Shown: positions 20,588 to 30,892 of the stretch, one piece after another
Layout: every line of letters starts with the position of its first letter
Position numbering within the stretch: position 1 is the first letter of the stretch
Assembly: GCA_046582655.1 (NCBI GenBank)
Contig: JAYGDX010000280.1
Coordinates: forward strand, 32,001-96,000
Reading direction: 5' to 3'
DNA: 64,000 nucleotides
Origin: Candidatus Poribacteria bacterium
GTDB lineage: Bacteria; Poribacteria; WGA-4E; UBA9662
Notes under the pieces: generated by a model
The model's input: only the letters and a program-made list of their open reading frames with translations
Told to the model about the DNA's origin: nothing
Databases searched by the model: none
Program-made: the position numbers and the translations under genes

Positions 20588-21571
20588 ATGCCTTTAACCA
20601 AAGAACAACTGGATCAGTTTTACCGAGATGGTTTTATTATTGTAGATGATGTCTTTGACAAAAAAGATGTCGAAGCGGCCTTTATAGAAATGGAAAAAAT
20701 CTTTTATGGTGAAAGTTTTAAGGAGTATCTCGCCAGGTCCGATAAAAATGGTATAGCTAAACCTGTTGAACCCAAAACAACAGGGGCGGTCTCTCATTAT
20801 GGTGCGACACAATATGGCCGTCCTCAGTTTCCAACTGGAATTGAAGCCTTAGATCGGCTGATTGAGAATGATGATTGGCTTGATATGTATGAACAATGTT
20901 TGGGGACACAAGACTTGAGTTACTGTAATGGGCATCTGTTTCTACGATCTGGACCAACCGACAAAAGGCATGCCGAGCATTCATGGCAAGGATACCACAT
21001 TGACAATGCGACAAACACTTTTTTACCACCGCATAGAGAAACGGGTCTGTATAATTACGTGAACTCCAGTATTTATCTCCATGACGTACCTGAGGATTGT
21101 GCCCCAATGAAAATTATCCCTGGCAGCCATCGTCAAATTATGGATTTGTTACCTAAACTTATTCGTGATGGGAATTGGGTTGGTCGCGGAGAAATTAAGG
21201 ATATTCGAAAAGTTCCTGAATTTGCCTTGCCTGTTCCTGCTACAGGCAAGGTGGGAAGCGTTCGATTCAATAGTTCTTTCGGTGTACATGCTGCGATTCC
21301 GTTCGAAAACAAACGAAGGCAAAGAGGATACTCGACGTTTTCGTTCTGCAGAGCGGATACCAGCCAATGGATAAAGTTATCAAACTTGTGGCGTGAACAG
21401 GAATTCTCCGTTCCTTTTTGGAAAAATACTACTCCAAGGGTTCGTTCTTTGTTTGGTTGGCCTAAACCAGGACATCCGTATTATACGGCTGAAACACTTA
21501 ATCTATTGGGTGAGTGGTATCCGGGAATAGATTTAACTCCTTATCAGGATCAGTTACGTACTGGAGAATGA
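20588..21571 (+). CDS. PhyH family Fe(II)/2OG oxygenase
   Basis: LTKEQLDQFYRDGFIIV, YHID, IYLHDV, PMKIIPGSH, FGVH; AAGGAG RBS. Confidence 0.88.
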   Translation: MPLTKEQLDQFYRDGFIIVDDVFDKKDVEAAFIEMEKIFYGESFKEYLARSDKNGIAKPVEPKTTGAVSHYGATQYGRPQFPTGIEALDRLIENDDWLDMYEQCLGTQDLSYCNGHLFLRSGPTDKRHAEHSWQGYHIDNATNTFLPPHRETGLYNYVNSSIYLHDVPEDCAPMKIIPGSHRQIMDLLPKLIRDGNWVGRGEIKDIRKVPEFALPVPATGKVGSVRFNSSFGVHAAIPFENKRRQRGYSTFSFCRADTSQWIKLSNLWREQEFSVPFWKNTTPRVRSLFGWPKPGHPYYTAETLNLLGEWYPGIDLTPYQDQLRTGE

Positions 21572-21758
21572 TTCACCATCTAAAGTGATTTCCATTGGCC
21601 TGATTACACCCATAACAAACTAATAAGGGAATAATTTCTGAAGAATCCAAGGAACTTTCGTCTCTTCGGCATATGCTGATGGAGTATGCCACCATTGTTG
21701 CTTACGTCCGACATTATCAGGATCGGTTGCTAGGAACTACTGACACTCTGTAATAAAT

Positions 21759-21875
21759 ATGGATGTCGCTGGCTCAACGGAAACGATCGGCCAAGATTTT
21801 ATGGAGAAGGGACTACTAGTTTCTATTACGGAACAGCCGGGAGCAGTATTAATCGTCTACGAACGTCTCGAATGA
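21759..21875 (+). pseudogene. Short remnant resembling the C-terminus of a GH36-type alpha-galactosidase
   Basis: Manual translation MDVAGSTETIGQDFMEKGLLVSITEQPGAVLIVYERLE*. The resemblance is from memory only. Confidence 0.3.
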
Positions 21876-21942
21876 GATTAAACCAGCGAGACTTCATTAG
21901 CTCTCCAGTGTGACACATTATATTAGGCTGATCAGACGCAGG

Positions 21943-23121
21943 TTAAGCTCGCAGATCTTTTGTCTCTACTGCTAGTCCCGAAAAAGTGTTTTTTTCGAGA
22001 ACCAGTTCGGTAACCTTTTGACCAATTTGGAGTCCGATACGTTCAGCTGGTTCTCGTGTTTCAATGATCTGATTCTTCAGCAACATGATGGAACGAGTTT
22101 CACCTTGGATATCAATACCGATTTTTCCGCTATTAATAATTTGGTTGTCTCCCAGTAGATTGCGGTGAGGACAGCGTTCTTCATTCGGCTCGTTGCGAAA
22201 GATGACCCCCACTTCACCGTTTCCTTCGATCCGGTTTTTTCGGATAATATTGTCAGTGTCCCGATGACCGATAGAAACGCCGAACTGGAGGTTGTTGAAG
22301 ATCCGATTCTTTTCGACCATACTATGCTTAACACCCCAACAGAAAAAGAGCCCGATTCGGTTACCTTCTAGGTGATTTTGGCGAATGATTGGTCGCAGCG
22401 AACCTGAACCGGGATGTAACCCCAGATCAGCGTTGTTCCTGCTGAGACAATTGGTCACAGTCACATCATGGCAAATCTGCCAGGAGATACCATCGCCATT
22501 ATAATTCCGCGTTTCGACATTTTTGATATGAATGCTTTGACAGTTTTGCAGGAAAATACAGCCGGCATAGTTCCCATCCAGATGCTGGTTTTGAGACCTG
22601 TTTCCATCGAGAACAAGGTCGCAGATTTCCAGATTGTGAATATGTTCGCCAGTTAGGATGGGAAACAGCGTGGCGATCTGAGCTTGATGGTCGGTCCAGA
22701 AATTCTTCTCCAGTGGTTCATCAAGCCAAAACCGATTTTCCTGTCTGGCTACCAGTGTTCGCTTAATGACGTTATATCCATTATGATTGGGCGCCTCGGC
22801 TTTCAGGCAGACACCATACCCCACCTCAAAACCGTCGCTGTTGACTAGCGTCACATGATCTTCGTACCAATCTGCATCAGCAACCAGAGTTGTCTGGACA
22901 GAAGGATTCTTGATCAGTACTGTTTCGGTGCCGCTGCCCTGAATGCGGATATTGTTTCTCAAGTAGATGGCATTGTCGAGTTGATATTGACCGGGCAGGA
23001 TCTTCAGCGTTCCACCACCCAGTGCTGCTAGATAATCGACCCCAGCCTGAATGGCACGATTATCTTGGCCATTGATCTCAGCACCGCTGGTGCCAACTGT
23101 AATGGAAAGCGAATGTTCCAT
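21943..23121 (-). CDS. Right-handed parallel beta-helix (pectate lyase-like) protein
   Basis: DNRAIQAGVD...GGGTLKILPGQY, LVLDGNR, GDGIS, repeated N-ladder segments. Start ATG 23121 after AAAGGAG. Confidence 0.85.
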   Translation of the reverse strand: MEHSLSITVGTSGAEINGQDNRAIQAGVDYLAALGGGTLKILPGQYQLDNAIYLRNNIRIQGSGTETVLIKNPSVQTTLVADADWYEDHVTLVNSDGFEVGYGVCLKAEAPNHNGYNVIKRTLVARQENRFWLDEPLEKNFWTDHQAQIATLFPILTGEHIHNLEICDLVLDGNRSQNQHLDGNYAGCIFLQNCQSIHIKNVETRNYNGDGISWQICHDVTVTNCLSRNNADLGLHPGSGSLRPIIRQNHLEGNRIGLFFCWGVKHSMVEKNRIFNNLQFGVSIGHRDTDNIIRKNRIEGNGEVGVIFRNEPNEERCPHRNLLGDNQIINSGKIGIDIQGETRSIMLLKNQIIETREPAERIGLQIGQKVTELVLEKNTFSGLAVETKDLRA

Positions 23122-23215
23122 GCTGACTCCTTTTTTCAATGAGCGTTTTCTGCCGTCTCAACCGATAGGAAGTGAGAAAGAGACAACAAACCAAAAAACT
23201 CTGCTATATTTAGCA

Positions 23216-23611
23216 CTACCAAAAACTCTGTTTCAGATGAACCAACCAGAGACCGAGACAAAGTAGAATGAGGATGGAAGCGATAATTCTCTGTTTGACC
23301 AAAGAAACAGCCTCCCATATTTTCTGAGTATATTCTGGTAGAAACGCGCTCAGAATCGCTAATCCAAATAACAGAAATGAAAAAGGATGATATCGCCAAG
23401 CGGTTGAAAACTCTCCTTGGAAAATTGCCAAGCAGGCACGCGTCATACCACACCCGGGACATGGTATGCTTGTCACACTCTTAAAAACGCAGGGCAAGAA
23501 ATGGACTGTCTCAAATGCCTGACCTGACAGTCGAATATATATGCCTGCAAGAACAAGCAACATTAGAAACATTTTAGCCAACAGCATGGGATTAAGTGTC
23601 TGTTTTAACAT
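23216..23611 (-). CDS. DUF2752-like membrane protein
   Basis: CVFKSVTSIPCPGCGMTRA...AWRYHP motif flanked by TM helices. Confidence 0.85.
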   Translation of the reverse strand: MLKQTLNPMLLAKMFLMLLVLAGIYIRLSGQAFETVHFLPCVFKSVTSIPCPGCGMTRACLAIFQGEFSTAWRYHPFSFLLFGLAILSAFLPEYTQKIWEAVSLVKQRIIASILILLCLGLWLVHLKQSFW

Positions 23612-24002
23612 AGAACCTGTTGATTTCGGCTTGCTGAATCGCCATTGACACGATGCTTAAACCAATTAGTGTCAGGATCAGGCATATCGTGGCAACATTG
23701 TTAACCATTAGGTTATTCTGTTCTTGAATTTCGACGATGCCTCGTGCCATTTTGTACTCGTTATATACTCCGTAAATACCGCACGTTATAATGCTCAATA
23801 AGAACCACATACCGAAAGTATATTCACGTCTGTTTAACCAAAAATTCAGGACTTTCATCTGTTTGTATTGCCAAACAAGTCCATAAATACCACAGGTGAT
23901 TATGGAAAGAAGAACGGCAATCCCAATGTTCATTCTTGGTTTTGCGCTAAGGTGCTCCTCCCATCTGGGTGGAGCACTATCATCGTTCATGTTATTATTC
24001 AC
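23592..24002 (-). CDS. DUF4234-like membrane protein
   Basis: LLSIITCGIYG occurs twice; ends IQQAEIN. Confidence 0.8.
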   Translation of the reverse strand: MNNNMNDDSAPPRWEEHLSAKPRMNIGIAVLLSIITCGIYGLVWQYKQMKVLNFWLNRREYTFGMWFLLSIITCGIYGVYNEYKMARGIVEIQEQNNLMVNNVATICLILTLIGLSIVSMAIQQAEINRFYVKTDT

Positions 24003-24455
24003 CCTTAGACAGATTGAAGTTACTGCTAGGGTTTATTCATTAAAACGTGAGTCTCGACATCTTATAATTACATGAAAGTGAGAATTAGCAAATCTTGCAG
24101 GGAAATTTAACTATGAGTGTAGAAATTTAATTTGAGTGACAATTAGTCTGGCACCCACTATTTGTTATCTGCATATGATGAGAGACAACAATTTAAGATC
24201 AGGAGAATTTTAGCGATAAAAAGATGTTCCTAATCTTATTTAGTTATGGTTGTCTATCTAGACTGTTTACACTAATTGATCGGTCTTTCTTAATGTATCA
24301 GAGTATGATATATTGTAATAAATTGGAGTTCGACTATAGATCTTCCATGACCTGGCGAAATTTGGGATTGAGATGGTTGTGTTGATCATAAGCAAGCAAG
24401 TTGAGTCTTGATAGGGACTTTAATCCTAACTTATAATTGTTGGAAAAGTTTGTAA

Positions 24456-26798
24456 ATGTATGTGTCAAAGCTCTTTTTTTATGTTGCTACTTATCTTGTA
24501 TACAGTATGTTTGTCGGTTCGGATATTATCGCTCCAGAGGTTAATCGGGAAGATAAATTAAACCAGCAGCAGGATACTCCCTTTATTGTTTATGCACGTG
24601 ATTATATGCAACCTTGTTTTGCTGATTATGTGCCCCATCGGGCTGAAGTAGAAAGCTCATTTACTGTGGGGGTAGCTCAGAACGAGTATGAACCGATACA
24701 GGTAGGCATTTATGTCCCGTCACAACGTAAATATCCTTTGAGAAACGTTAGCCTGACAATCCACAGTAACATACAGTATGAGATAGGGTGTTTGTATTAT
24801 TTGGAAACTGCTCGTTCAAGACAACTTGACCAAGGTCAGGTCTATGAAGGAAGGCGACCCGCCATGCCTGTATACCTGATACCTAAAAATAGAATAAATA
24901 AAATCGAACCGGGTCGTTCCGCTGCTTTCTGGATTACATTCCATCCGGATGCTACTGTACAACCAGGGCAGTATGAAATACCGACAACCATCTCAGTTGA
25001 AGGCGAAAAACCAAGGACATTTTCTCTGCATCTAACAGTGCATTCTCTCATTTTGCCTCGCCCAGATGCGGCCTTTGGATGCTATTACAGAATCGACCGT
25101 ATTGCTGGATGTGATGTGCCAGTGGAAATTGAGGTTCCTTATCGCGGCAGAAAATATCAAGAAATGTATGCTCTGGACATGGCCAAACATGGTCACAATA
25201 CGGTACAAATCACTTCATTCTTTCCCGGGTTTGGCACTGATAGCTACCAACAGTCTGGACGTGCCAAACCACCATCATGGTATCATCCCTGGTTGACGCT
25301 GATGGATGAATCCGATTTTACAGATGATGGTTTGATAGATCCCATCAGATTCATCGAAGAACAACTTGAAATTTATAAACAAGTGGGGTTAATCAGCCTA
25401 GATATTCCTATTTGGACTGTATCTGAGGGTAGTAGTAACAGGAAGGCTTTTGTTGCTGATACCCTGCGTCGAATAGTTATTGACAAAAAATATCCAGAGA
25501 TATTGTTGTATCAGCGGGATGAACCTCCAGTTTGGCCCGATGAAACTTTTTCCAAGGAAGAAATTGAACATGTTAAACAGTTCAAGAAACTGGGAAATTG
25601 TCGCGGCGTTGCGGCCATGGGCGGATCTGCCGTTCTGGCTTGGGGACATCTGCATGATGTTTGGATTGTATATGGTGGCAGAATAACTCCGGAGATGGTT
25701 GCTGAAGCTGAAAGGCAAGGGGCAGAGGTCTGGACTTATCTCCACGATCTCCGTATTACCAATCCATTAGCACATCGCTACTTTGCCGGACTGTATACTT
25801 GGGGGTTGAGATTAAACGGGAATCTGGTTTACTGTTATCAACATGGTGAGGTTGGTCAACCCCATCCTGTCTGGTTATCCGACCAGCATCGACCATCCAA
25901 AGAGCAAATTTTAGGCTTAGTTATACCCAGTCAAAATGGACCAATTCCTGGTGTGGATTACGAAGGCCGACGAGAAGGGATCGATGATTATCGTTATTTG
26001 CAATTACTGGAGTCAAGAATAACAGTCGCGTCTTTAAACTCTCCGATTAGAAACGAAGCGGAAAAATGGTTGACAGAGCTGAGAGAGAGAATCGTTCAAT
26101 CTGCGATTGATGGCAAGTTGTTTAACCACGTCACAGTTTGGGATTTAGATTGGCTAAATCCTAGCCCTGACCTATTCCCTCATGACTATTACCAGATCAG
26201 ACAGAAAACCCTACAGTACATCTCTCAGTTGGAGTATGTCTGCGAGGAAGATAGTACCGCGCAGATGCTTGGCTCAAGATCCTTTCCTGTTAGTGGGTTG
26301 GAAGGTACAGATTATGAAGATGAAAGTATCACCACCTGTATTCAAGCAATCGAAAACGGGGCTGTTGAATCAAAGAGATCTGCTGCCTGTGCCTTAGCTC
26401 TACGGAACTTTGGAACGGAGGAGGCACTGGAAGCGTTGGTATTAATGCTTGACTTTCCTGACGTACGCATACCGGCAATTCGGGCCATTCGATCCATGGG
26501 GGTACAGGCTATATCAGCGATGCCTGCAGTCGGCCGGTTACTGCAAAATACAGATCCCTTTATTCGAGCGCATGCTTTGCTAACACTAGAAGCGATAGGA
26601 ATGAAGGCGGCTGAAGGTCTCATTAGAGGTCTAAAAGATCCTTTTCCTATGAATGCTTATTTGGCTGCTGTTTGTTTGGGCAGACAAGGAGAAGTAGCTA
26701 TTCAAGCTCTACCTGCACTGCGTAATAATCTTAAATCTCCGATATATCTGATCCGTCAAGGGGCTAATAAAGCCATTCAGCAAATTGACAAAAAATAG
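24456..26798 (+). CDS. Putative glycoside hydrolase (GH123/DUF4091-like) with C-terminal HEAT repeats
   Basis: AQNEYEPIQV N-domain, FWITFH..PGQY, RDEP, EGRREGIDDYRYLQLL; HEAT-like VRIPAIRAI, IRAHALLTL, IRQGANKAI. Confidence 0.65.
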   Translation: MYVSKLFFYVATYLVYSMFVGSDIIAPEVNREDKLNQQQDTPFIVYARDYMQPCFADYVPHRAEVESSFTVGVAQNEYEPIQVGIYVPSQRKYPLRNVSLTIHSNIQYEIGCLYYLETARSRQLDQGQVYEGRRPAMPVYLIPKNRINKIEPGRSAAFWITFHPDATVQPGQYEIPTTISVEGEKPRTFSLHLTVHSLILPRPDAAFGCYYRIDRIAGCDVPVEIEVPYRGRKYQEMYALDMAKHGHNTVQITSFFPGFGTDSYQQSGRAKPPSWYHPWLTLMDESDFTDDGLIDPIRFIEEQLEIYKQVGLISLDIPIWTVSEGSSNRKAFVADTLRRIVIDKKYPEILLYQRDEPPVWPDETFSKEEIEHVKQFKKLGNCRGVAAMGGSAVLAWGHLHDVWIVYGGRITPEMVAEAERQGAEVWTYLHDLRITNPLAHRYFAGLYTWGLRLNGNLVYCYQHGEVGQPHPVWLSDQHRPSKEQILGLVIPSQNGPIPGVDYEGRREGIDDYRYLQLLESRITVASLNSPIRNEAEKWLTELRERIVQSAIDGKLFNHVTVWDLDWLNPSPDLFPHDYYQIRQKTLQYISQLEYVCEEDSTAQMLGSRSFPVSGLEGTDYEDESITTCIQAIENGAVESKRSAACALALRNFGTEEALEALVLMLDFPDVRIPAIRAIRSMGVQAISAMPAVGRLLQNTDPFIRAHALLTLEAIGMKAAEGLIRGLKDPFPMNAYLAAVCLGRQGEVAIQALPALRNNLKSPIYLIRQGANKAIQQIDKK

Positions 26799-26995
26799 TA
26801 GCTACACTTCTAGAACCTAATGAAATCAAGACGGGATACTTGGTGAAAAACACTTGTTACCATATTTTAAAATATGTTACTTTCTCCCGTTTGTCTTAAG
26901 GATAAGTTGTCTAATATAAAGCAACATGGACTGGAAGTTTGGTTTTTATTAAATATGGTCGTCTGTATTCGCTTTTTTTTCATAAGTGTTAGAAG

Positions 26996-28639
26996 ATGAA
27001 TTCGAGTATGAATCAGTTCCTTGTTTTTTTATTTATCTGTGTGCTAGCTATGGTGATTTCGCCTTTAGCAATACCAGATTATGTCAACATTACAAAGCAA
27101 GCTGGAATAGAATTTAAGCACAACAACGGTGCCTTTGGACAGAAGTATTTACCTGAAACAATGGGATCTGGATCTGCGTTCATTGATTACAATAAGGATG
27201 GATGGCAGGATATAATTTTGGTTAATTGTAAGGATTGGCCTGGACATCCGACTGGAAACAATCAGACTATGGCACTCTATCGGAACGATGGTGATGGGAG
27301 TTTTACAGATCAGACGCAGTTAGCTAAATTAGATATAAAACTCTATGGGATGGGAATTTCGGTTGCTGATTATGATAATGATGGGCATCAAGATTTTTAT
27401 TTGACTTGTCTTGGTATGGATCGGCTTTTCCAAAATCAGGGTGATGGTACATTTGTTGATGTGACTGAAAAATCAAATATTAGTAATCCATATTTTGGTA
27501 CTAGTTGTGCCTGGTTTGATTATGATAAAGACGGGTACTTGGATCTCTACGTGGCTAACTATGTCGAATGGTCAGTTGAAACCGATTTGTTTTGTACACT
27601 TGATGGGACTAGTAAATCCTACTGCACTCCAGAATCCTACCGGGGACAGCCGAGCAAGCTTTTCAGGAACAGGGGGGACGGGACATTTAGCGATGTATCT
27701 AAGATTGCAAGAATCGCCGACCCAACCAGTAAATCACTTGGTGTCTGTACTTTTGATTATGATGGTGATGGATTGGTTGATGTTTTTGAAGCCAATGATA
27801 CACAACCAAATAAACTCTATCGAAACAATGGTGATGGTACCTTCATTGAACAGGGAATGCTGGCTGGCATTGCTTATAACGAAGATGGCAAAGCCACAGG
27901 AGCGATGGGCGTTGATGCCGGTGACTATGATGGCAGTGGTACTGAGAGTCTGATAATTGGAAATTTTTCAAATGAAATGATTAACCTTTATCATAATGAA
28001 GGGGATTTTTTTATCGATGATGCTCCAGTTGCCAATATTGGCATGGTCAGTCTTTTAACATTAACTTTTGGGTGTTTCTTTTTCGATTTTGACCTTGATG
28101 GGAAACTGGATATTTTTACTGCCAATGGTCATCTTGAAAACGACATTAACCGCGTACAGAGTGAAGTTACCTATAAACAGTCTCCCCATCTTTTTCGTAA
28201 CATCGGTAATGCTAAGTTTGTTGATGTAGCCAATCAAAACGCTGAGTTAATGGAACCAATTGTTGGTCGTGGCGCGGCTTACGGTGACATTGATAATGAC
28301 GGCGATTGGGATCTTATAGTTACCAACTGCAATGGTCGCCCACGACTTTTCCGCAATGATAGACAAGCATCACATAACTGGATCAAGATTAAACTGGTCG
28401 GAGAGAAATCAAACCGTGACGGGATCGGATCAAAAATCATAGTCACAACTGAGTCAGGTTCCCAAGTACGCACATTGAGAAGCGGATCAAGTTATTGCTC
28501 GCAAAGCGAATTGTCAATAATCTTTGGCCTTGGTAATGATAGACAGATTCGTCAAATCGATATAAATTGGCCGAGTGGTCTGGTAACAAGCTTAACAGAG
28601 GTTGCGTTGAATCAATCAATTACCATCAAAGAGAACTAA
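26996..28639 (+). CDS. CRTAC1-family protein (FG-GAP/VCBS repeats plus ASPIC/UnbV domain), exported
   Basis: PETMGSG, many DYDNDGxxD and NxGDGTF repeats, GRGAAYGDIDNDGD, NRDGIGS..GSSYCSQ..FGLG..WPSG. Confidence 0.92.
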   Translation: MNSSMNQFLVFLFICVLAMVISPLAIPDYVNITKQAGIEFKHNNGAFGQKYLPETMGSGSAFIDYNKDGWQDIILVNCKDWPGHPTGNNQTMALYRNDGDGSFTDQTQLAKLDIKLYGMGISVADYDNDGHQDFYLTCLGMDRLFQNQGDGTFVDVTEKSNISNPYFGTSCAWFDYDKDGYLDLYVANYVEWSVETDLFCTLDGTSKSYCTPESYRGQPSKLFRNRGDGTFSDVSKIARIADPTSKSLGVCTFDYDGDGLVDVFEANDTQPNKLYRNNGDGTFIEQGMLAGIAYNEDGKATGAMGVDAGDYDGSGTESLIIGNFSNEMINLYHNEGDFFIDDAPVANIGMVSLLTLTFGCFFFDFDLDGKLDIFTANGHLENDINRVQSEVTYKQSPHLFRNIGNAKFVDVANQNAELMEPIVGRGAAYGDIDNDGDWDLIVTNCNGRPRLFRNDRQASHNWIKIKLVGEKSNRDGIGSKIIVTTESGSQVRTLRSGSSYCSQSELSIIFGLGNDRQIRQIDINWPSGLVTSLTEVALNQSITIKEN

Positions 28640-28710
28640 GGTCATGAAAACGGCAAAAACAGGTACGTTGCTGCTAATTTCAGCAAGTACTCAAAATTAT
28701 TGGTAAGTAA

Positions 28711-29670
28711 ATGGAATCTTCAAGAAGAAGGACGGGGCTTGTTTATGATGAAAATTACCTTGAGCATGATACCGGTCATGGACATGTTGAACGGCCTGAC
28801 CGGCTTAGGTCCTGTTTGCAATCTCTGAAACAATCGGATTTTTGGAATCAACTTCATCATATTGAGGCAACCCCAGCGACACTGGATCAACTCTGCTACG
28901 TGCATGATCGTGACCATATTGATCGGGTGAAATTATACTGCCAACGAAAAATGCCGCTTGACTACGACACTCCGGTGTCGAAAAAATCTTTCGATATCGC
29001 ACTTTTAGCTGCCGGTGGTGCGTTACGTGCCGTTGACCGAGTTATTGCCGGCGACGTTGATAATGCTTTTGCTCTTGTACGTCCACCGGGACATCATGCT
29101 ACACCAAATCGGGCAATGGGATTCTGTTTGTTTAACAACGTGGCTATTGCGGCACGCTACCTCCAATCTGAACACGGTCTGAACAAGATTGCAGTAGTTG
29201 ATTGGGATGTTCATCATGGAAACGGCACTCAGGATATATTTTATGCGGATCCATCTGTTTTTTTCTTTTCCATCCATCAGCACCCGCTCTACCCCGGATC
29301 TGGTCTAGCCAATGAGACCGGATTGGAAACAGCAACTGGTACGACATTGAACTGTCCGGTGTCTTCTCATAGCGATATTAATGATTATATACACATCTTT
29401 GAAGAGAGATTGGCACCCGAATTGATTGAATTTAATCCCGATTTTATGTTGGTTTCATCGGGTTTTGATGCGCATCAACTTGACCCATTATCAACCATCA
29501 ATGTCACAGCAGAAGGATTTGGAAACTTAACTGGTATTCTTTTGTCAATTGCTGATCAAGTTTGTGGGGGAAGTGTCGTATCCGTTTTGGAAGGTGGTTA
29601 TGATCTTTCCGGACTATCTGAGTCCGTTGTGGCACATGTAAAACGTTTGATTAACTACGACATATTGTAG
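28711..29670 (+). CDS. Histone deacetylase-family (Zn-dependent) amidohydrolase
   Basis: HVERPDR, RPPGHHA, GFCLFNNVA, DWDVHHGNGTQ, GFDAH..DP, LEGGY. Confidence 0.93.
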   Translation: MESSRRRTGLVYDENYLEHDTGHGHVERPDRLRSCLQSLKQSDFWNQLHHIEATPATLDQLCYVHDRDHIDRVKLYCQRKMPLDYDTPVSKKSFDIALLAAGGALRAVDRVIAGDVDNAFALVRPPGHHATPNRAMGFCLFNNVAIAARYLQSEHGLNKIAVVDWDVHHGNGTQDIFYADPSVFFFSIHQHPLYPGSGLANETGLETATGTTLNCPVSSHSDINDYIHIFEERLAPELIEFNPDFMLVSSGFDAHQLDPLSTINVTAEGFGNLTGILLSIADQVCGGSVVSVLEGGYDLSGLSESVVAHVKRLINYDIL

Positions 29671-29715
29671 TACAATATCCGTCTATATGTATGGTAGCTT
29701 GAATAGAAAGGACAA

Positions 29716-30561
29716 TTGATTATGGAGCAGATCAGGATTGGACACAGTCCGGATTCTGATGACGCTTTTATGTTTTACGCGCTGGCGAAGAAACTAATTC
29801 CGACCGATGGGTTCGAAGTTGTGCATGTCATTGAAGACATTGAATCGTTGAACAAACGCGCGTTGAACTCGGAACTCGAAGTCACCGCTATTTCTATACA
29901 TGCTTACGCTTACGTGTCACAGGATTATGCCTTGATGCCCTGTGGGGCAAGTATTGGGGATCGATATGGTCCGATCGTGGTCTCAACATCTCCAATTGAT
30001 TTGCATAATCTGTCAGGCAAAAGAATAGCTATTCCTGGTACGATGACAACCGCCTATTTAACGCTTCGGTTGTTTGAACCAGATTTCATTCCTGAGGTTG
30101 TCCCGTTCGACCAGATTCTCGATCATGTAAAACAGGGGAAATCAGATGCTGGGCTAATCATTCATGAAGGTCAATTGACATATCAGAGTCAGGGATTTCA
30201 CAAAGTTATAGACTTAGGAGAATGGTGGTATCAGGAAACTGATCTGCCCTTACCATTGGGAGCGAACGTAATTCGTCGAGACCTTGGTCCGGAGAAGATT
30301 AAGAAAATCACATCTTTGCTGAGACAGAGCATTCAATATTCTCTGTCCCACCGTCAAGAGGGATTGGAATACGCAATGGTTTACGCGCGCGATATGGAAT
30401 CCGATTCCACTCTAGCGGATCGTTTTGTTAGTATGTATGTAAACGATTATACGCTAGATTATGGACAGAAAGGTCGAGCGGGTGTCCACGAATTATTAAA
30501 TCGCGGTTATCAGTCTGGCGTAATTACATCGCTAGCTGATATTGATTTTGTAGAACTTTAA
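29716..30561 (+). CDS. mqnD: MqnA/MqnD/SBP family protein, probable 1,4-dihydroxy-6-naphthoate synthase (futalosine pathway)
   Basis: GHSPDSDDAFMFYA, DIESLN, YGP, IAIPG..TTA, LIIHEGQL, LPLPLG, MYVN. Confidence 0.8.
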   Translation: MIMEQIRIGHSPDSDDAFMFYALAKKLIPTDGFEVVHVIEDIESLNKRALNSELEVTAISIHAYAYVSQDYALMPCGASIGDRYGPIVVSTSPIDLHNLSGKRIAIPGTMTTAYLTLRLFEPDFIPEVVPFDQILDHVKQGKSDAGLIIHEGQLTYQSQGFHKVIDLGEWWYQETDLPLPLGANVIRRDLGPEKIKKITSLLRQSIQYSLSHRQEGLEYAMVYARDMESDSTLADRFVSMYVNDYTLDYGQKGRAGVHELLNRGYQSGVITSLADIDFVEL

Positions 30562-30573
30562 TGATTTAGATCA

Positions 30574-30771
30574 ATGCAACGCAAAAAGAAACCAGAAGAG
30601 CGGAATAGATCTTTCCTCGGTGTTACTTTCAGTTGTTGTAAAGTTTATACACGAATTCATATCAATAGAAAAAGAGACGCTTATGTTGGTTGGTGTCCCA
30701 AGTGTTGCAGAAAAGCTGAGGTTAAAATTTCACCTTATGGAACCAAATCCAGGTTTTTCAGTGCTAACTGA
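30574..30771 (+). CDS. Small basic Cys-rich (putative zinc-binding) protein
   Basis: FLGVTFSCCKVYTRI...YVGWCPKC...GTKSRFF; starts 12 bp after mqnD. Confidence 0.7.
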   Translation: MQRKKKPEERNRSFLGVTFSCCKVYTRIHINRKRDAYVGWCPKCCRKAEVKISPYGTKSRFFSAN

Positions 30772-30892
30772 CTTCATCTTTGGTCATCAACCTAATTAAT
30801 TGCAAGCATTCTTGATTGTAATTAATCAGGTATTCTGTCGTTTCGACTGAGGAATTGACACTCTAGAATGAGTCTTGTTTTGATCTTTTTAG

